From contig JAHPZJ010000014.1 in the NCBI GenBank assembly GCA_019058245.1, positions 32,001-96,000 of the forward strand: a stretch of DNA of 64,000 bases, in the 5' to 3' direction. Made by a program: the position numbers and the translations under genes. This document shows positions 41,365 through 50,712 of this stretch, piece after piece (the first letter of the stretch is position 1; each line of letters begins with the position of its first letter). The notes beneath the pieces are model-generated. The model did not search any database, was not told the DNA's origin, and saw nothing but the letters and a program-made list of their open reading frames with translations. The stretch comes from Promethearchaeota archaeon. GTDB lineage: Archaea > Asgardarchaeota > Lokiarchaeia > Sigyniarchaeales > SOKP01.

Positions 41365-41435
41365 AAAATTATAGATTTTTCATAACTAATTCTTACCTAA
41401 TTATATTTTTCAATCTAAACCTCAGAGAAAATGCA

Positions 41436-41573
41436 ATGGATGTTGAAGATTTAAATCTTAATGAACAAGAAGATGAGAGAAGAAAAAGAAAAATATGTCT
41501 ATTAATTTGTTTAATAGTATTATTAGTTATGATGCTACCATCAACAATAGCCTTTCTAACTATTTTTAAATAA
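41436..41573 (+). CDS. Small tail-anchored membrane protein (45 aa), missed by the ORF track
   Basis: MDVEDLNLNEQEDERRKRKICLLICLIVLLVMMLPSTIAFLTIFK*; fills the gap up to the convergent gene. Confidence 0.55.
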   Translation: MDVEDLNLNEQEDERRKRKICLLICLIVLLVMMLPSTIAFLTIFK

Positions 41574-41583
41574 TGAGTTTGAT

Positions 41584-42228
41584 TTAATAGAGCATCTTTT
41601 TTATTAACTGGATTAACCCCGGTAATATAAAGATAAATCCTAATGTATTTCCAATAATATGAACGACAGTGAATATTAAGCCAGTCATTAAATAAGGTAC
41701 ATATTCATCAAGTGTACCAAAATAAGATAAAACTTCTACTAAAGCAGATAAGAATTGAAAACTCGAAGTAATAAGTGCCCCTATAACACCAAATAATGTC
41801 ATAACTGAGGGTTTATACAAATCATCATTAAATTCGAATACTCTTCTCTTCTTGAAAAGAATACCTATTATGCCTCCAACCAAACCTGTAATTGAATAGT
41901 GTGTTAATTGAAACGCAAAAAGTGGTAAAGGAGATGCCCCTAAAGGATTAAAAAAACAGAAAGTAAATGAACTTAAAAATCCCGTTATCATACCATCTCT
42001 TTTGCCAAGAATAAAACCTGCCAAAAATATAGTTAAGGTAAATAATTCGATATTGGGAATATATGCTAATAGATAACCTAAAACTATTGCTAATGCTGTA
42101 AAAGTACTAATTAAGGCTATTCGAAATGACCTTTTTTCCAACCATATGGAATAATTTGCTCTCTCTTGCTCAGTATCAAGTATCTCCAATTTGTCACTAG
42201 ATCTTTTTACTTCTGATTTTGTTGCCAA
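41584..42228 (-). CDS. ECF transporter S component (CbrT/cobalamin-type candidate)
   Basis: ALISTFTALA…IPNIELFTL..FLAG…G..G; 6 TM helices; divergent from the DUF4430 gene. Confidence 0.75.
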   Translation of the reverse strand: MATKSEVKRSSDKLEILDTEQERANYSIWLEKRSFRIALISTFTALAIVLGYLLAYIPNIELFTLTIFLAGFILGKRDGMITGFLSSFTFCFFNPLGASPLPLFAFQLTHYSITGLVGGIIGILFKKRRVFEFNDDLYKPSVMTLFGVIGALITSSFQFLSALVEVLSYFGTLDEYVPYLMTGLIFTVVHIIGNTLGFIFILPGLIQLIKKMLY

Positions 42229-42293
42229 TCTTATTCAATCTTATAAAAATATTTTTGGGATAATTTTTTATAATCAAACATGTTTTTTAAATA

Positions 42294-42489
42294 TATAGGT
42301 TAAGTTTCCTACAGAGCATATGACCTCTACTCTTTAAAAAATGAGAGTAGAAAGGGTAGATTTTTTAATGCTTAATAGCATTGAAGAAGTCTATATTAAA
42401 TATATCAGATTAAAAAAGAAATCGTAATATTAAAAAATGAGTTAAGATTATTTTTTATAGGATAAGTTTCCTAGGTAACTTATCCTATA
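42294..42489. promoter_or_regulatory. Putative transcription-factor operators: three TAGG-N8-CCTA boxes, two fused into a 34-bp palindrome
   Basis: TATAGGATAAGTTTCCTAGGTAACTTATCCTATA at 42456-42489 (one mismatched pair); a 17/18-identical copy of its left half at 42294-42311. Confidence 0.65.
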
Positions 42490-42534
42490 TTTATTAATAA
42501 AAAAAAATAAAAACTCAAAATATATCGATTTTCA

Positions 42535-44319
42535 ATGAAAAACATAAAAAAAATAGCATACTTCTTTGGTGCTTTAATATTTGTACAATTATTTTATTCT
42601 GGATCTATTCCAATAGTCAAAGCTCAAGGTGAAAGTTCGAATTCTTACTTTCAAGATCTTGACTATACTAAACCCTATGTCTACGAAGTAATACAATTTG
42701 GGGACTCAGCTGGATGGTACAATTTCTCTGCATGGCCTAATTCTTTTGAAGGAAATTGGAAATCTAACGCTAGTGGTCAAATCCGAATAAATTTCAATGG
42801 CTTCTATGATAAAGATCCAAATGATTGGGGAAATATTTTTGGAGATCCAATTCCTTGGTATGACATAGAAATTTACGAGAATAGTCTTGGTACTCTCAAC
42901 TTGAATTTCACTTTAAGTAATAGATCTAATAGTGAAGTTGCCAGAGCATTAACTTTAGGTTACAATAATTTTCAGCCCGGATTTTTAATACCAAATGGGA
43001 ATTTAACAAATGTGAAAGAATTAGCTTTGAATCAATCAGATCCGGGAGGACTATATGATATTGTAGGAGATATAGATATTGAAGAATCATACAATTTCCT
43101 CTATATTGATTTTGAGCAAAATGATGGGGGTCAAAAAACCTCATTGATTTATGATAGATTTAGTGGATTACTCGTCTGGGCAAAAACCAATATTTTTGGA
43201 TACTTACTTGAAATTAATTCACTAAACTTTACAATAGAAGATAGCCTTATTTATAATGTCATCAAATTTAGTGGAGATACAGGTTGGTATAATTTAACAG
43301 GAGGTTTTGAAGGAGATTGGAGTACCAATTCTGGAGGCCAAATTATTGCTAATTTAACTGGATATTATAGTAAGGATCCCAATGATTGGGGTAATGTAAT
43401 AGATGATCCTATACCGTGGTTTAACGTGGAAATAATAGAGAATGAGACTGGTATTTTAACAACAAATTTTACAATAGCAAATAGATCCAATAGTGAGTTA
43501 GGATGGACTTTTATTCTAGGATATAATTTCTTCCAACCGGGGTTTATTCTACATATTATTGATAATTTGACAAGAGTTAAGAAATTAGCAATAAAGGAAT
43601 CATCAGGATTTGCAAATGGCTTAGTTTTAATTTCAGAAACACCATTGACGATGAAAATTGCATTTGAGCAAACAGATGGAAATGGAGACCAAGAGACAAG
43701 CATGATTTACGAAAAACGGACGGGAGTATTACTTTGGGCATATACATCAATAGGAGATTACTCACTTGAAATAAAATTAGATGATTATATTCCCTGGGAA
43801 TCAACGGAAACAGATACTCGTCCAGGTCTGAATTTTTTTTTAGATATTTTTCCTTATATTCTTGTCGCTTTAATTAGTATTCTTATAATTACCACGTCTC
43901 TTATAGCCTCAAGATTCAAGACAGACCTAAAGAAATATAATAAATATATATTAGTTGCTGTAATAGCTGTAGCCAGTTTTACCTCATTTTTCATTTTTTC
44001 TTCTAGTATAAAAATTAGCGAAGAAAATGAACCGTTAAGAGAAGTTAATGATTTAATTCTAATTGTGGATTATGGAAATGGAACTGAAACAACTTGGGAA
44101 TCTTTTGATTTAACAAATTATAACACAACGGCATTTGATGCTTTATCTAGATGGTGTAAGGTTGAAATAACTGATTATGGTGAAAGGGGCATTATTGTAG
44201 AAAGTATTAATGGGCTTAAAAAAGGCTGGCTTTATACCGTTAATGATATATCTCCAGGAGTATCTGCTGAAAAATACAATTTAAAGGATGGAGATATTGT
44301 TAAATGGACCTGTAACTAA
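42535..44319 (+). CDS. Secreted/membrane protein with a tandem-duplicated ~190-aa domain, 2 TM helices and a C-terminal DUF4430 (transcobalamin-like) domain
   Basis: Repeats YEVIQF…KDPNDWGN..DPIPW…GYN.FQPGF; C-terminal VDYGNG…TAFDAL…IVESING…W.Y.VN…Y.LKDGDIVKW. Confidence 0.72.
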   Translation: MKNIKKIAYFFGALIFVQLFYSGSIPIVKAQGESSNSYFQDLDYTKPYVYEVIQFGDSAGWYNFSAWPNSFEGNWKSNASGQIRINFNGFYDKDPNDWGNIFGDPIPWYDIEIYENSLGTLNLNFTLSNRSNSEVARALTLGYNNFQPGFLIPNGNLTNVKELALNQSDPGGLYDIVGDIDIEESYNFLYIDFEQNDGGQKTSLIYDRFSGLLVWAKTNIFGYLLEINSLNFTIEDSLIYNVIKFSGDTGWYNLTGGFEGDWSTNSGGQIIANLTGYYSKDPNDWGNVIDDPIPWFNVEIIENETGILTTNFTIANRSNSELGWTFILGYNFFQPGFILHIIDNLTRVKKLAIKESSGFANGLVLISETPLTMKIAFEQTDGNGDQETSMIYEKRTGVLLWAYTSIGDYSLEIKLDDYIPWESTETDTRPGLNFFLDIFPYILVALISILIITTSLIASRFKTDLKKYNKYILVAVIAVASFTSFFIFSSSIKISEENEPLREVNDLILIVDYGNGTETTWESFDLTNYNTTAFDALSRWCKVEITDYGERGIIVESINGLKKGWLYTVNDISPGVSAEKYNLKDGDIVKWTCN

Positions 44320-44385
44320 AAATAAACTCTTTTTTCTTTACTTTTTTTTTTAAATTAATTTAAAACCAGAGAACAAGTAAAAATA

Positions 44386-44829
44386 TCAATAGGTCATATC
44401 TTTTGTCTCAATTTTCTGTAAGACAGGTTCCATTTCTTTGAAAGCTTTTCGAATCTTATGGAAATAGTAGCCCAATTTATAGCCTTTTTTGCAATTTGTA
44501 AATAACATAAAATTATTTTCAGCTGACCCTACAAGAATAATAGTATATCCTTTGGTTCCTCGAATCACAATATCCCTTAATTCACCTTGTTGTAAACCCT
44601 GACTAATCTTCTCTCCTAACGAAATTAATGTTGCGGGACTAGCACTGTAAATATCCCATACAACATCAGCAGTTTCAGAACTTGCAATTCTTAGACCTGT
44701 TTTTGAAACAACAGCAGTTCCTTCTAAATCAGTTGAAGCTTCTAAATTTTCTAAATTACGCATCAATTCATCCAGGATATCCTGGCTGATGTTAATTTCA
44801 GATTCTTTTGCTTGACCTATTTTAAACAC
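44386..44829 (-). CDS. Roadblock/LC7 domain protein
   Basis: LEGTAVVSKTGLRIAS…L.QGEL.DIVIRGTKGYTII…KLG pattern. Confidence 0.8.
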   Translation of the reverse strand: MFKIGQAKESEINISQDILDELMRNLENLEASTDLEGTAVVSKTGLRIASSETADVVWDIYSASPATLISLGEKISQGLQQGELRDIVIRGTKGYTIILVGSAENNFMLFTNCKKGYKLGYYFHKIRKAFKEMEPVLQKIETKDMTY

Positions 44830-44860
44830 CTCTGTTAAGATAATATTAATTTTTGAGAAT

Positions 44861-46303
44861 TTAAATGTTTTTTAGTCGAATACTTCTTAATTCTTTTAGA
44901 AAAACAGGATCTCCTTTCTTTACCTGTTTTCCATCAGACTTTATCCCTACTATAACAGCACCTTTCGTACCGAATGTATCTAAAATTTTTGTAAATGGTG
45001 GTTCTAATGACTTCCCAATTATTTTTTTTGCTCCAATAGCACTCTGTGCCAAACCATTACAGACGATTCCTTGAGGATGATTTGGATTCTTAATGGTTCC
45101 TTGTTTTGTTTTATATTTATATAATAAGGGTGGTTCTTTATATATCTTTACCAACACTGCTGATCCCAATATTCTTAAAGTAGTAGGAGGTAAATCTAAA
45201 CGACTAAGAAGCATAATATTTTTTTCTTTTCTTATTATAACTTTTTCCTTTAATAATATAATTGCCCTAAATCCCCTATCTTTATTTGAAACAGTAGTTT
45301 GAATTTTCTTTCCATTAAGTTCATAATATGGATAAATATTTCCACTCGTAGTTACCATTCCTATAGTGATATGGATCTGAGTTCCGAATCCTGTTTTTGG
45401 TTTAAATAACTTATTATTATTCACTTCTACTTCTAAGATATTACCATAATCAAAAGCCCTAGGGTTATTTGTTGCATAGCAACCCCGGTAAACCTTTTTC
45501 AACTCTAATCCCTTTATATTTAATCCTACTCTATCACCTGCCTTAGCAATATCAACATTCTGGTGGAATATTTGAATGCTTTTAACACGCCCAGATGTCT
45601 TCACAGGTATAATTTCTAAGTTTTGATTTACTTTCAATGTCCCATTTAAAATTGTACCTGTTAAAATGGAGCCCATTCCTTTTATTGGAAAATGATGATC
45701 AATAGGAATTATTATACTCCCTTCAGTTTGTCTTTTTATTTGCAAAGAATTTATTGTGTTTAATATACCTGTTTTTAGATTTTCAAATCCAACCTTATTT
45801 TTCGCTGAAACAGCAAAGATTGGCACATCAGATCCAAAAATAGTAGACCCGAAAAATTCTCTGATTTTTTTTATTTCATCATCAACATTTTTAGAGAATA
45901 AATCAATTTTATTAATCACTACAATTATTTTCTTGATATTAAGTGATTCAATTAGAATAAGATGTTCTCCAGTTTGAACCTGAGGTCCTTTATTAATATC
46001 AAGAACAACTATAGCACAATCAATAATTTCTACGGATGATGCACTAATTTTTATCAAATCCGCATGACCCGGACTATCAACTAAAGTTATAATAAATTTA
46101 TCAAGTATAAAACTAGTAAAACCTAAATCAATAGTAATTCCTCGTTCTTTACTTTGAGGATGCGCATCAATACCTGCGGTGGAGATGAATTCGCTTAGTA
46201 CTTCTGCTATTGCTGTCTTTCCAGAATCGATATGTCCAAACAAACCAATGTGTATAGGGATTTTCTTTTCAATTTCCATCTTTAAGTACTTTAAAAATGA
46301 CAT
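44861..46303 (-). CDS. selB: Selenocysteine-specific elongation factor SelB/EFSec
   Basis: GHIDSGKT, D.HPQSKERGITIDLGF, DSPGHADLI, QTGEH, DHHFPIKGMG, archaeal-type C-terminal FGTKG; tRNA-Sec nearby. Confidence 0.9.
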   Translation of the reverse strand: MSFLKYLKMEIEKKIPIHIGLFGHIDSGKTAIAEVLSEFISTAGIDAHPQSKERGITIDLGFTSFILDKFIITLVDSPGHADLIKISASSVEIIDCAIVVLDINKGPQVQTGEHLILIESLNIKKIIVVINKIDLFSKNVDDEIKKIREFFGSTIFGSDVPIFAVSAKNKVGFENLKTGILNTINSLQIKRQTEGSIIIPIDHHFPIKGMGSILTGTILNGTLKVNQNLEIIPVKTSGRVKSIQIFHQNVDIAKAGDRVGLNIKGLELKKVYRGCYATNNPRAFDYGNILEVEVNNNKLFKPKTGFGTQIHITIGMVTTSGNIYPYYELNGKKIQTTVSNKDRGFRAIILLKEKVIIRKEKNIMLLSRLDLPPTTLRILGSAVLVKIYKEPPLLYKYKTKQGTIKNPNHPQGIVCNGLAQSAIGAKKIIGKSLEPPFTKILDTFGTKGAVIVGIKSDGKQVKKGDPVFLKELRSIRLKNI

Positions 46304-46443
46304 AAATATATAGATTATTATTCAAATTGTTTAAAAGTTGAACAAAAAATATTAAACATGAAAAATCGGACTCAATTAATTTTATTTATAAGTTTGATTT
46401 AAAATAACATATAATTTAGAAACTAAATTTATAAGATGATTGA

Positions 46444-47310
46444 ATGAGTCCAAAGTTTTGTCCCTATTGCGGTAATCCTGTAAAACAGACAGATAAATTT
46501 TGCATCATATGTGGTAAGCCTATGCTAACGGATATCCCAAAATCAGAAAAAAAACCAGAAATTACAGAGACTAAAAAAGAGAAGGAAATCCAAGTCATTG
46601 AGGAGAAACAAGAAGATATACAACCAGAGGAAGAAGCTATAGAAATTGAGACAAAAGAGGAAACAAAAATAAAACCAGAAAAATTAAAAGAAAAAAAAGA
46701 AATTAAACCTCTCCCAGATACAGTTAAAGAACAAATTGATTTATATATTGATTATAATGATGTTCAATTAAATAAAACAATATTAAGTGAAAAATTAACT
46801 GAATTATCAAAATCCACTAAGGATGCCAGATATGAATATGATCTCGATTTTAAAAAGGATGTAAACATAAAATTAGAAGCGTTAAAAACTCTAATAAGTG
46901 AATTGAAGGAAAAAGAAAAGGAAGTTAAACAAAATTTAGAAGAACCATTTATTGTTCAGAGAATTAATAGTGATATTGAAACAAAGATATTCCAACTTGA
47001 GAATTTAACAAGAGAACATAAATTAAAAAAAGTAGATAAAGAATCATTTGAAAAACTAAAAGATAAATATAAACAAGAAAAAGAGAGTCTAGAACAAGAA
47101 AGAGACGACTTAGTCTCTGGAATGAAATTATGGATTCAAGATTTAAAATTGGAAAAAGCAGAGATATCCGGAGAGAGAAAACTTACTAAAGGGAGACTAC
47201 ATTCAAAAGAACTTACTGAAGTAGAATTCGCAAAAGCAGATAAAGAATTTGACCTTAGATTAAAAAAAATTGATACGAAAATTAAAACATTAGAAAAATT
47301 AACAAAATAG
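46444..47310 (+). CDS. Zinc-ribbon plus long coiled-coil protein
   Basis: FCPYCG…FCIICG N-terminus; E/K-rich heptads. Confidence 0.7.
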   Translation: MSPKFCPYCGNPVKQTDKFCIICGKPMLTDIPKSEKKPEITETKKEKEIQVIEEKQEDIQPEEEAIEIETKEETKIKPEKLKEKKEIKPLPDTVKEQIDLYIDYNDVQLNKTILSEKLTELSKSTKDARYEYDLDFKKDVNIKLEALKTLISELKEKEKEVKQNLEEPFIVQRINSDIETKIFQLENLTREHKLKKVDKESFEKLKDKYKQEKESLEQERDDLVSGMKLWIQDLKLEKAEISGERKLTKGRLHSKELTEVEFAKADKEFDLRLKKIDTKIKTLEKLTK

Positions 47311-47361
47311 ATAGAATAGTGAAAATATTTTTACTATGTAATATTATAGAATGCTAGAAAA

Positions 47362-47487
47362 ATGAGAAATAAAATTATCGCTATAATTATTCTACTTATT
47401 GGATTATCACTGCTAACAATTGGAATTATTCAAGGACAAAATTTATTAATAGATATATTATATGATAAAATGGCAGCAGTCCCTTAA
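47362..47487 (+). CDS. Small membrane peptide (41 aa), missed by the ORF track
   Basis: MRNKIIAIIILLIGLSLLTIGIIQGQNLLIDILYDKMAAVP*. Confidence 0.45.
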   Translation: MRNKIIAIIILLIGLSLLTIGIIQGQNLLIDILYDKMAAVP

Positions 47488-47490
47488 TAA

Positions 47491-47787
47491 TCAATCCCAT
47501 TTTCCTTTTCTAATAGCTATAGAATTATCTAAAAAACCCTTCTTCTGAAAAATCTTATCTTGTGATTTTCTATATTTATTAGATTGATTATAATGAATTT
47601 TGCACAAATAAATTTTATGTCGTGAATTTTCTTTATATTTTAAACCTGAATTTTCAACATACGGTTTCCACGCATTTTCAGAAAGCGACCGAATTGCAAC
47701 TTCACTACAACCCTTAATAGAACACAGTCTTTTTTTTTCAGATCCGCCAATGTCGCTTTTATCTTTAAGTTCCTTCGGAAGTTTCAT
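47491..47787 (-). CDS. Small zinc-finger-like protein
   Basis: CSIKGC…AIRSLS…YLCKIHY; start moved to MKLPK to remove the overlap with the Nudix gene. Confidence 0.6.
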   Translation of the reverse strand: MKLPKELKDKSDIGGSEKKRLCSIKGCSEVAIRSLSENAWKPYVENSGLKYKENSRHKIYLCKIHYNQSNKYRKSQDKIFQKKGFLDNSIAIRKGKWD

Positions 47788-47872
47788 AGGTAAACACTTG
47801 CTAAAAACTTTTTTAGAATCAATTATTATGTATTTCAAATTATTTATCATCTTAAAATTTTTGCCAAAACTC

Positions 47873-48583
47873 ATGGATAAATTAAACTTGATTTTCAATG
47901 GAAATTTAATTAGGAAATCTGTTTATCCATTTGATTCACCTTTAAGAATCTCTATAAAAGATGATTTCTTTACCTCTTCAGCTGTTCTTTTTTCAATAAT
48001 TCCCCATGAAAATAAGACATATGAATTAATACTAATCCATAGATCTGATCGAGGTACAAAACATAGAGGAGAAATGTCTTTTCCTGGAGGCAAATTTGAC
48101 CCTCAATTAGATTCCTCATTGAAAGATACAGCATTAAGAGAAACAGAAGAAGAAATTGGTGTATCTCCCAAGAACATTAAAATTTTCGGATGTTTAGATG
48201 ACTTTCCTACAATGACCCGATATATTATTACCCCATTTGTAGGTATTATTAATAAAGATCAAGTTTTAATTAAAGATAATAGAGAAGTTCAGAGAATCTT
48301 AAAGATTCCAATTAGTTTTTTTACTAGCAAAATACATTTTAGAGAAGAAGCTGTTGATATAGAAAGAAGAAAATTTCCTATTTTTTATTATAATTATATT
48401 GATGATTCTAGTGGTCAAAAATATACTATATGGGGAGCTACCGCTTATTTAATAACAGTATTTATTGAAAAAGTGTATGGATTTAATATGTCAGAATCAG
48501 GACTAGAACGTTTCCAACTTAAAACAATTAAGCAATTGAAAGAGTATATCAAAATTAGAAATCAAATAACAAAAAAATTTTAA
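47873..48583 (+). CDS. Nudix hydrolase, CoA pyrophosphatase (NudL/PCD1) type
   Basis: SAVL, HRGEMSFPGGK, ALRETEEEIG Nudix box, IWGATA. Confidence 0.88.
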   Translation: MDKLNLIFNGNLIRKSVYPFDSPLRISIKDDFFTSSAVLFSIIPHENKTYELILIHRSDRGTKHRGEMSFPGGKFDPQLDSSLKDTALRETEEEIGVSPKNIKIFGCLDDFPTMTRYIITPFVGIINKDQVLIKDNREVQRILKIPISFFTSKIHFREEAVDIERRKFPIFYYNYIDDSSGQKYTIWGATAYLITVFIEKVYGFNMSESGLERFQLKTIKQLKEYIKIRNQITKKF

Positions 48584-48623
48584 CCCTTAATTATGAAATC
48601 CACAGAATTTCCAGAAAAAATAC

Positions 48624-48776
48624 CTATTTTATTTTTCTAACTTTGTATAAATAATCTGGACAATTCTTACAATCTGGAATCTTACATAAAAAACGGATTT
48701 TAGGAAGTATACATGATGAAAAAAAGGGACATTCAATTAACTCTAAATCTGATATTAATTCAACATCACTACTCAT
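48624..48776 (-). CDS. Small Cys-rich protein (50 aa), missed by the ORF track
   Basis: MSSDVELISDLELIECPFFSSCILPKIRFLCKIPDCKNCPDYLYKVRKIK*. Confidence 0.55.
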   Translation of the reverse strand: MSSDVELISDLELIECPFFSSCILPKIRFLCKIPDCKNCPDYLYKVRKIK

Positions 48777-49040
48777 ATTATTTTCACTTTATCTCATTTT
48801 GATTTAAATAAAATACCCAATCTAAATATATAAAAAAAAAAGCAGTCTAAGTTTAGTAATTCAGTAATTAAGTTGCTTTTATTTTGAAATGGATTTCTTC
48901 TTATTTGTTATAATATTTAAAAAATAAGCTTAATAAAAAAGAATTTGAACAATTTTTTGAACTATAAAAATCATGCATAATATTCATTTAGTAACATAGA
49001 CTATGTATATTAATTTTACAAGAGGAAAAGAGATACTAAT

Positions 49041-50255
49041 ATGAAATATCGAAAAATGGGCTCCCTTAATTGGGAGGTGTCAGCTCTGGGATTTGGTGCT
49101 ATGCGACTCCCTATGAAAGATCGAGTAAATGTCGATGAAGAAGAGGCTATAAAAATGATTCGCTATGCTATTGATAATGGCGTAAACTATGTTGATACAG
49201 CATATCCTTATCATATGGGTCAAAGTGAAGTAATAGTGGGAAAAGCTCTCAAAAATGGATATCGTGAGAAAGTTACTCTTACTACAAAATCACCTATATG
49301 GTTTTTGAAAACAAGAGAAGATTTTGATAAATATCTTAATGAACAGATCGATAGATTACAAACAAACCCTGATATATATTTATTCCATGGTTTAACTAAG
49401 GAACGTTTAGAGAAAATCAAAAAATTAAATCTAATTGAAAAAATGGAAGAAGCACGGAAGAAAGGATTAATTAAATATATAGGCTTTTCGTTTCATGATA
49501 GTTTTAAGGCTTTTAAAGAAATTATTGATTACTACAATTGGGATTGCTGCCAAATACAATTCAACTATCTTGATACAGAATACCAAGCAGGTCTAAAAGG
49601 AGTAGAATATGCGGGAAGTAAAAATATAGCATTAATAATTATGGAACCTATTCGAGGGGGAAAATTAGCTATTCCAATGAATAAATTAGATTCGAAACCT
49701 GAAATAAAAGATGTTTTAGAAAAATCAAATACCAATAGGACTATGGCTGATTTGGCATTACGATTTGTATGGAACCGTCCTGAAGTCTCTGTTGTATTAA
49801 GTGGAATGAGTAATATGCAACAAGTCATAGAAAATGTCGAATCCGCAAATAACTCAGCAATTAATAGTCTATCAGCAGAAGATTTGCAAATAACTTCTGA
49901 ATTAAAGAAAATGTATGAAAAATATGAGCTTGTGCCTTGTACTAGTTGTAGATACTGTGAACCTTGTCCAAATGGGGTCGCTATTTCATGGATTTTTAGA
50001 CTATTAAATGAATTATCATACTGGGGTCAAGAAAGGATCGCTAGAGTTCTATTTTTCTATAATAGATATGCGAAAACACCGGAAGAATTGGAAAAAAGGC
50101 GCTCCGCAGGAGAAGAACCAGAAGGAGTGGCAAGTTTATGTATTCAATGTGGTGAATGTCTTGATAAATGTCCTCAACAAATTGAGATCCCTGATCTTAT
50201 GAAGAAAGCTGCTGCTATTTTTGAAGAAGGAAAAAAACTTTCAGAAGTTTTCTAA
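49041..50255 (+). CDS. Aldo/keto reductase with a C-terminal Fe-S domain
   Basis: SALGFGAMRLP, DTAYPYH..SE, GFSFH, MEPIRGG, CTSCRYCEPCP, CIQCGECLDKCPQ. Confidence 0.9.
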   Translation: MKYRKMGSLNWEVSALGFGAMRLPMKDRVNVDEEEAIKMIRYAIDNGVNYVDTAYPYHMGQSEVIVGKALKNGYREKVTLTTKSPIWFLKTREDFDKYLNEQIDRLQTNPDIYLFHGLTKERLEKIKKLNLIEKMEEARKKGLIKYIGFSFHDSFKAFKEIIDYYNWDCCQIQFNYLDTEYQAGLKGVEYAGSKNIALIIMEPIRGGKLAIPMNKLDSKPEIKDVLEKSNTNRTMADLALRFVWNRPEVSVVLSGMSNMQQVIENVESANNSAINSLSAEDLQITSELKKMYEKYELVPCTSCRYCEPCPNGVAISWIFRLLNELSYWGQERIARVLFFYNRYAKTPEELEKRRSAGEEPEGVASLCIQCGECLDKCPQQIEIPDLMKKAAAIFEEGKKLSEVF

Positions 50256-50522
50256 TAATTTCCCTAGCATATATTATTTTTGACCTTTTTTTTTATATTC
50301 GAAAAGCTAAGTTGAAAATTATAATAAAAAAATCAACTTATATAGGATTACTAATGGAAATTCTATACCTCTATTTTTAAAATAATTATACAATCTACTT
50401 ATAAGATAAACGTATAATTCTAGAGAGGATTAATAAACAAATTAAATATAGAATTTTATTAAACAAGTTTACAATCTAAACCATAAATTTCTTTTACAAC
50501 CGTATACTTAATTATTTAAATT

Positions 50523-50679
50523 GGCCCTTGACGGTCGGAATTGCTTTGAGATTACATCAATCTCCAACGATAAGTGGTCTCTGACGCTAGGCTTCAAACC
50601 TAGTTATCCTGCGGAGGGATAGGAGTTCGATTATGGTTGGAAATTTTCTGATCTTCGAAAATCTCCTCGAGGGCCGCCA
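50523..50679 (+). tRNA. selC: tRNA-Sec (UCA) with two BHB introns (50540-50573 in the D arm; 50632-50661 in the T loop), encoded CCA
   Basis: 9-bp acceptor GGCCCTTGA/TCGAGGGCC, 7-bp D stem with 4-nt loop after splicing, anticodon arm CTAGG-CTTCAAA-CCTAG, long variable arm, 4-bp T stem, G73; 33 bp upstream of SepSecS. Confidence 0.92.
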
Positions 50680-50712
50680 ATTTTTCATTAAAAATAATAT
50701 TCGGGCGTAAGT

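Noticed and set aside
47750-47898. Apparent 149-bp head-to-head overlap of two genes
   Set aside because: Artefact of longest-ORF starts; downstream ATGs (47787 minus, 47873 plus) give an ordinary divergent spacer
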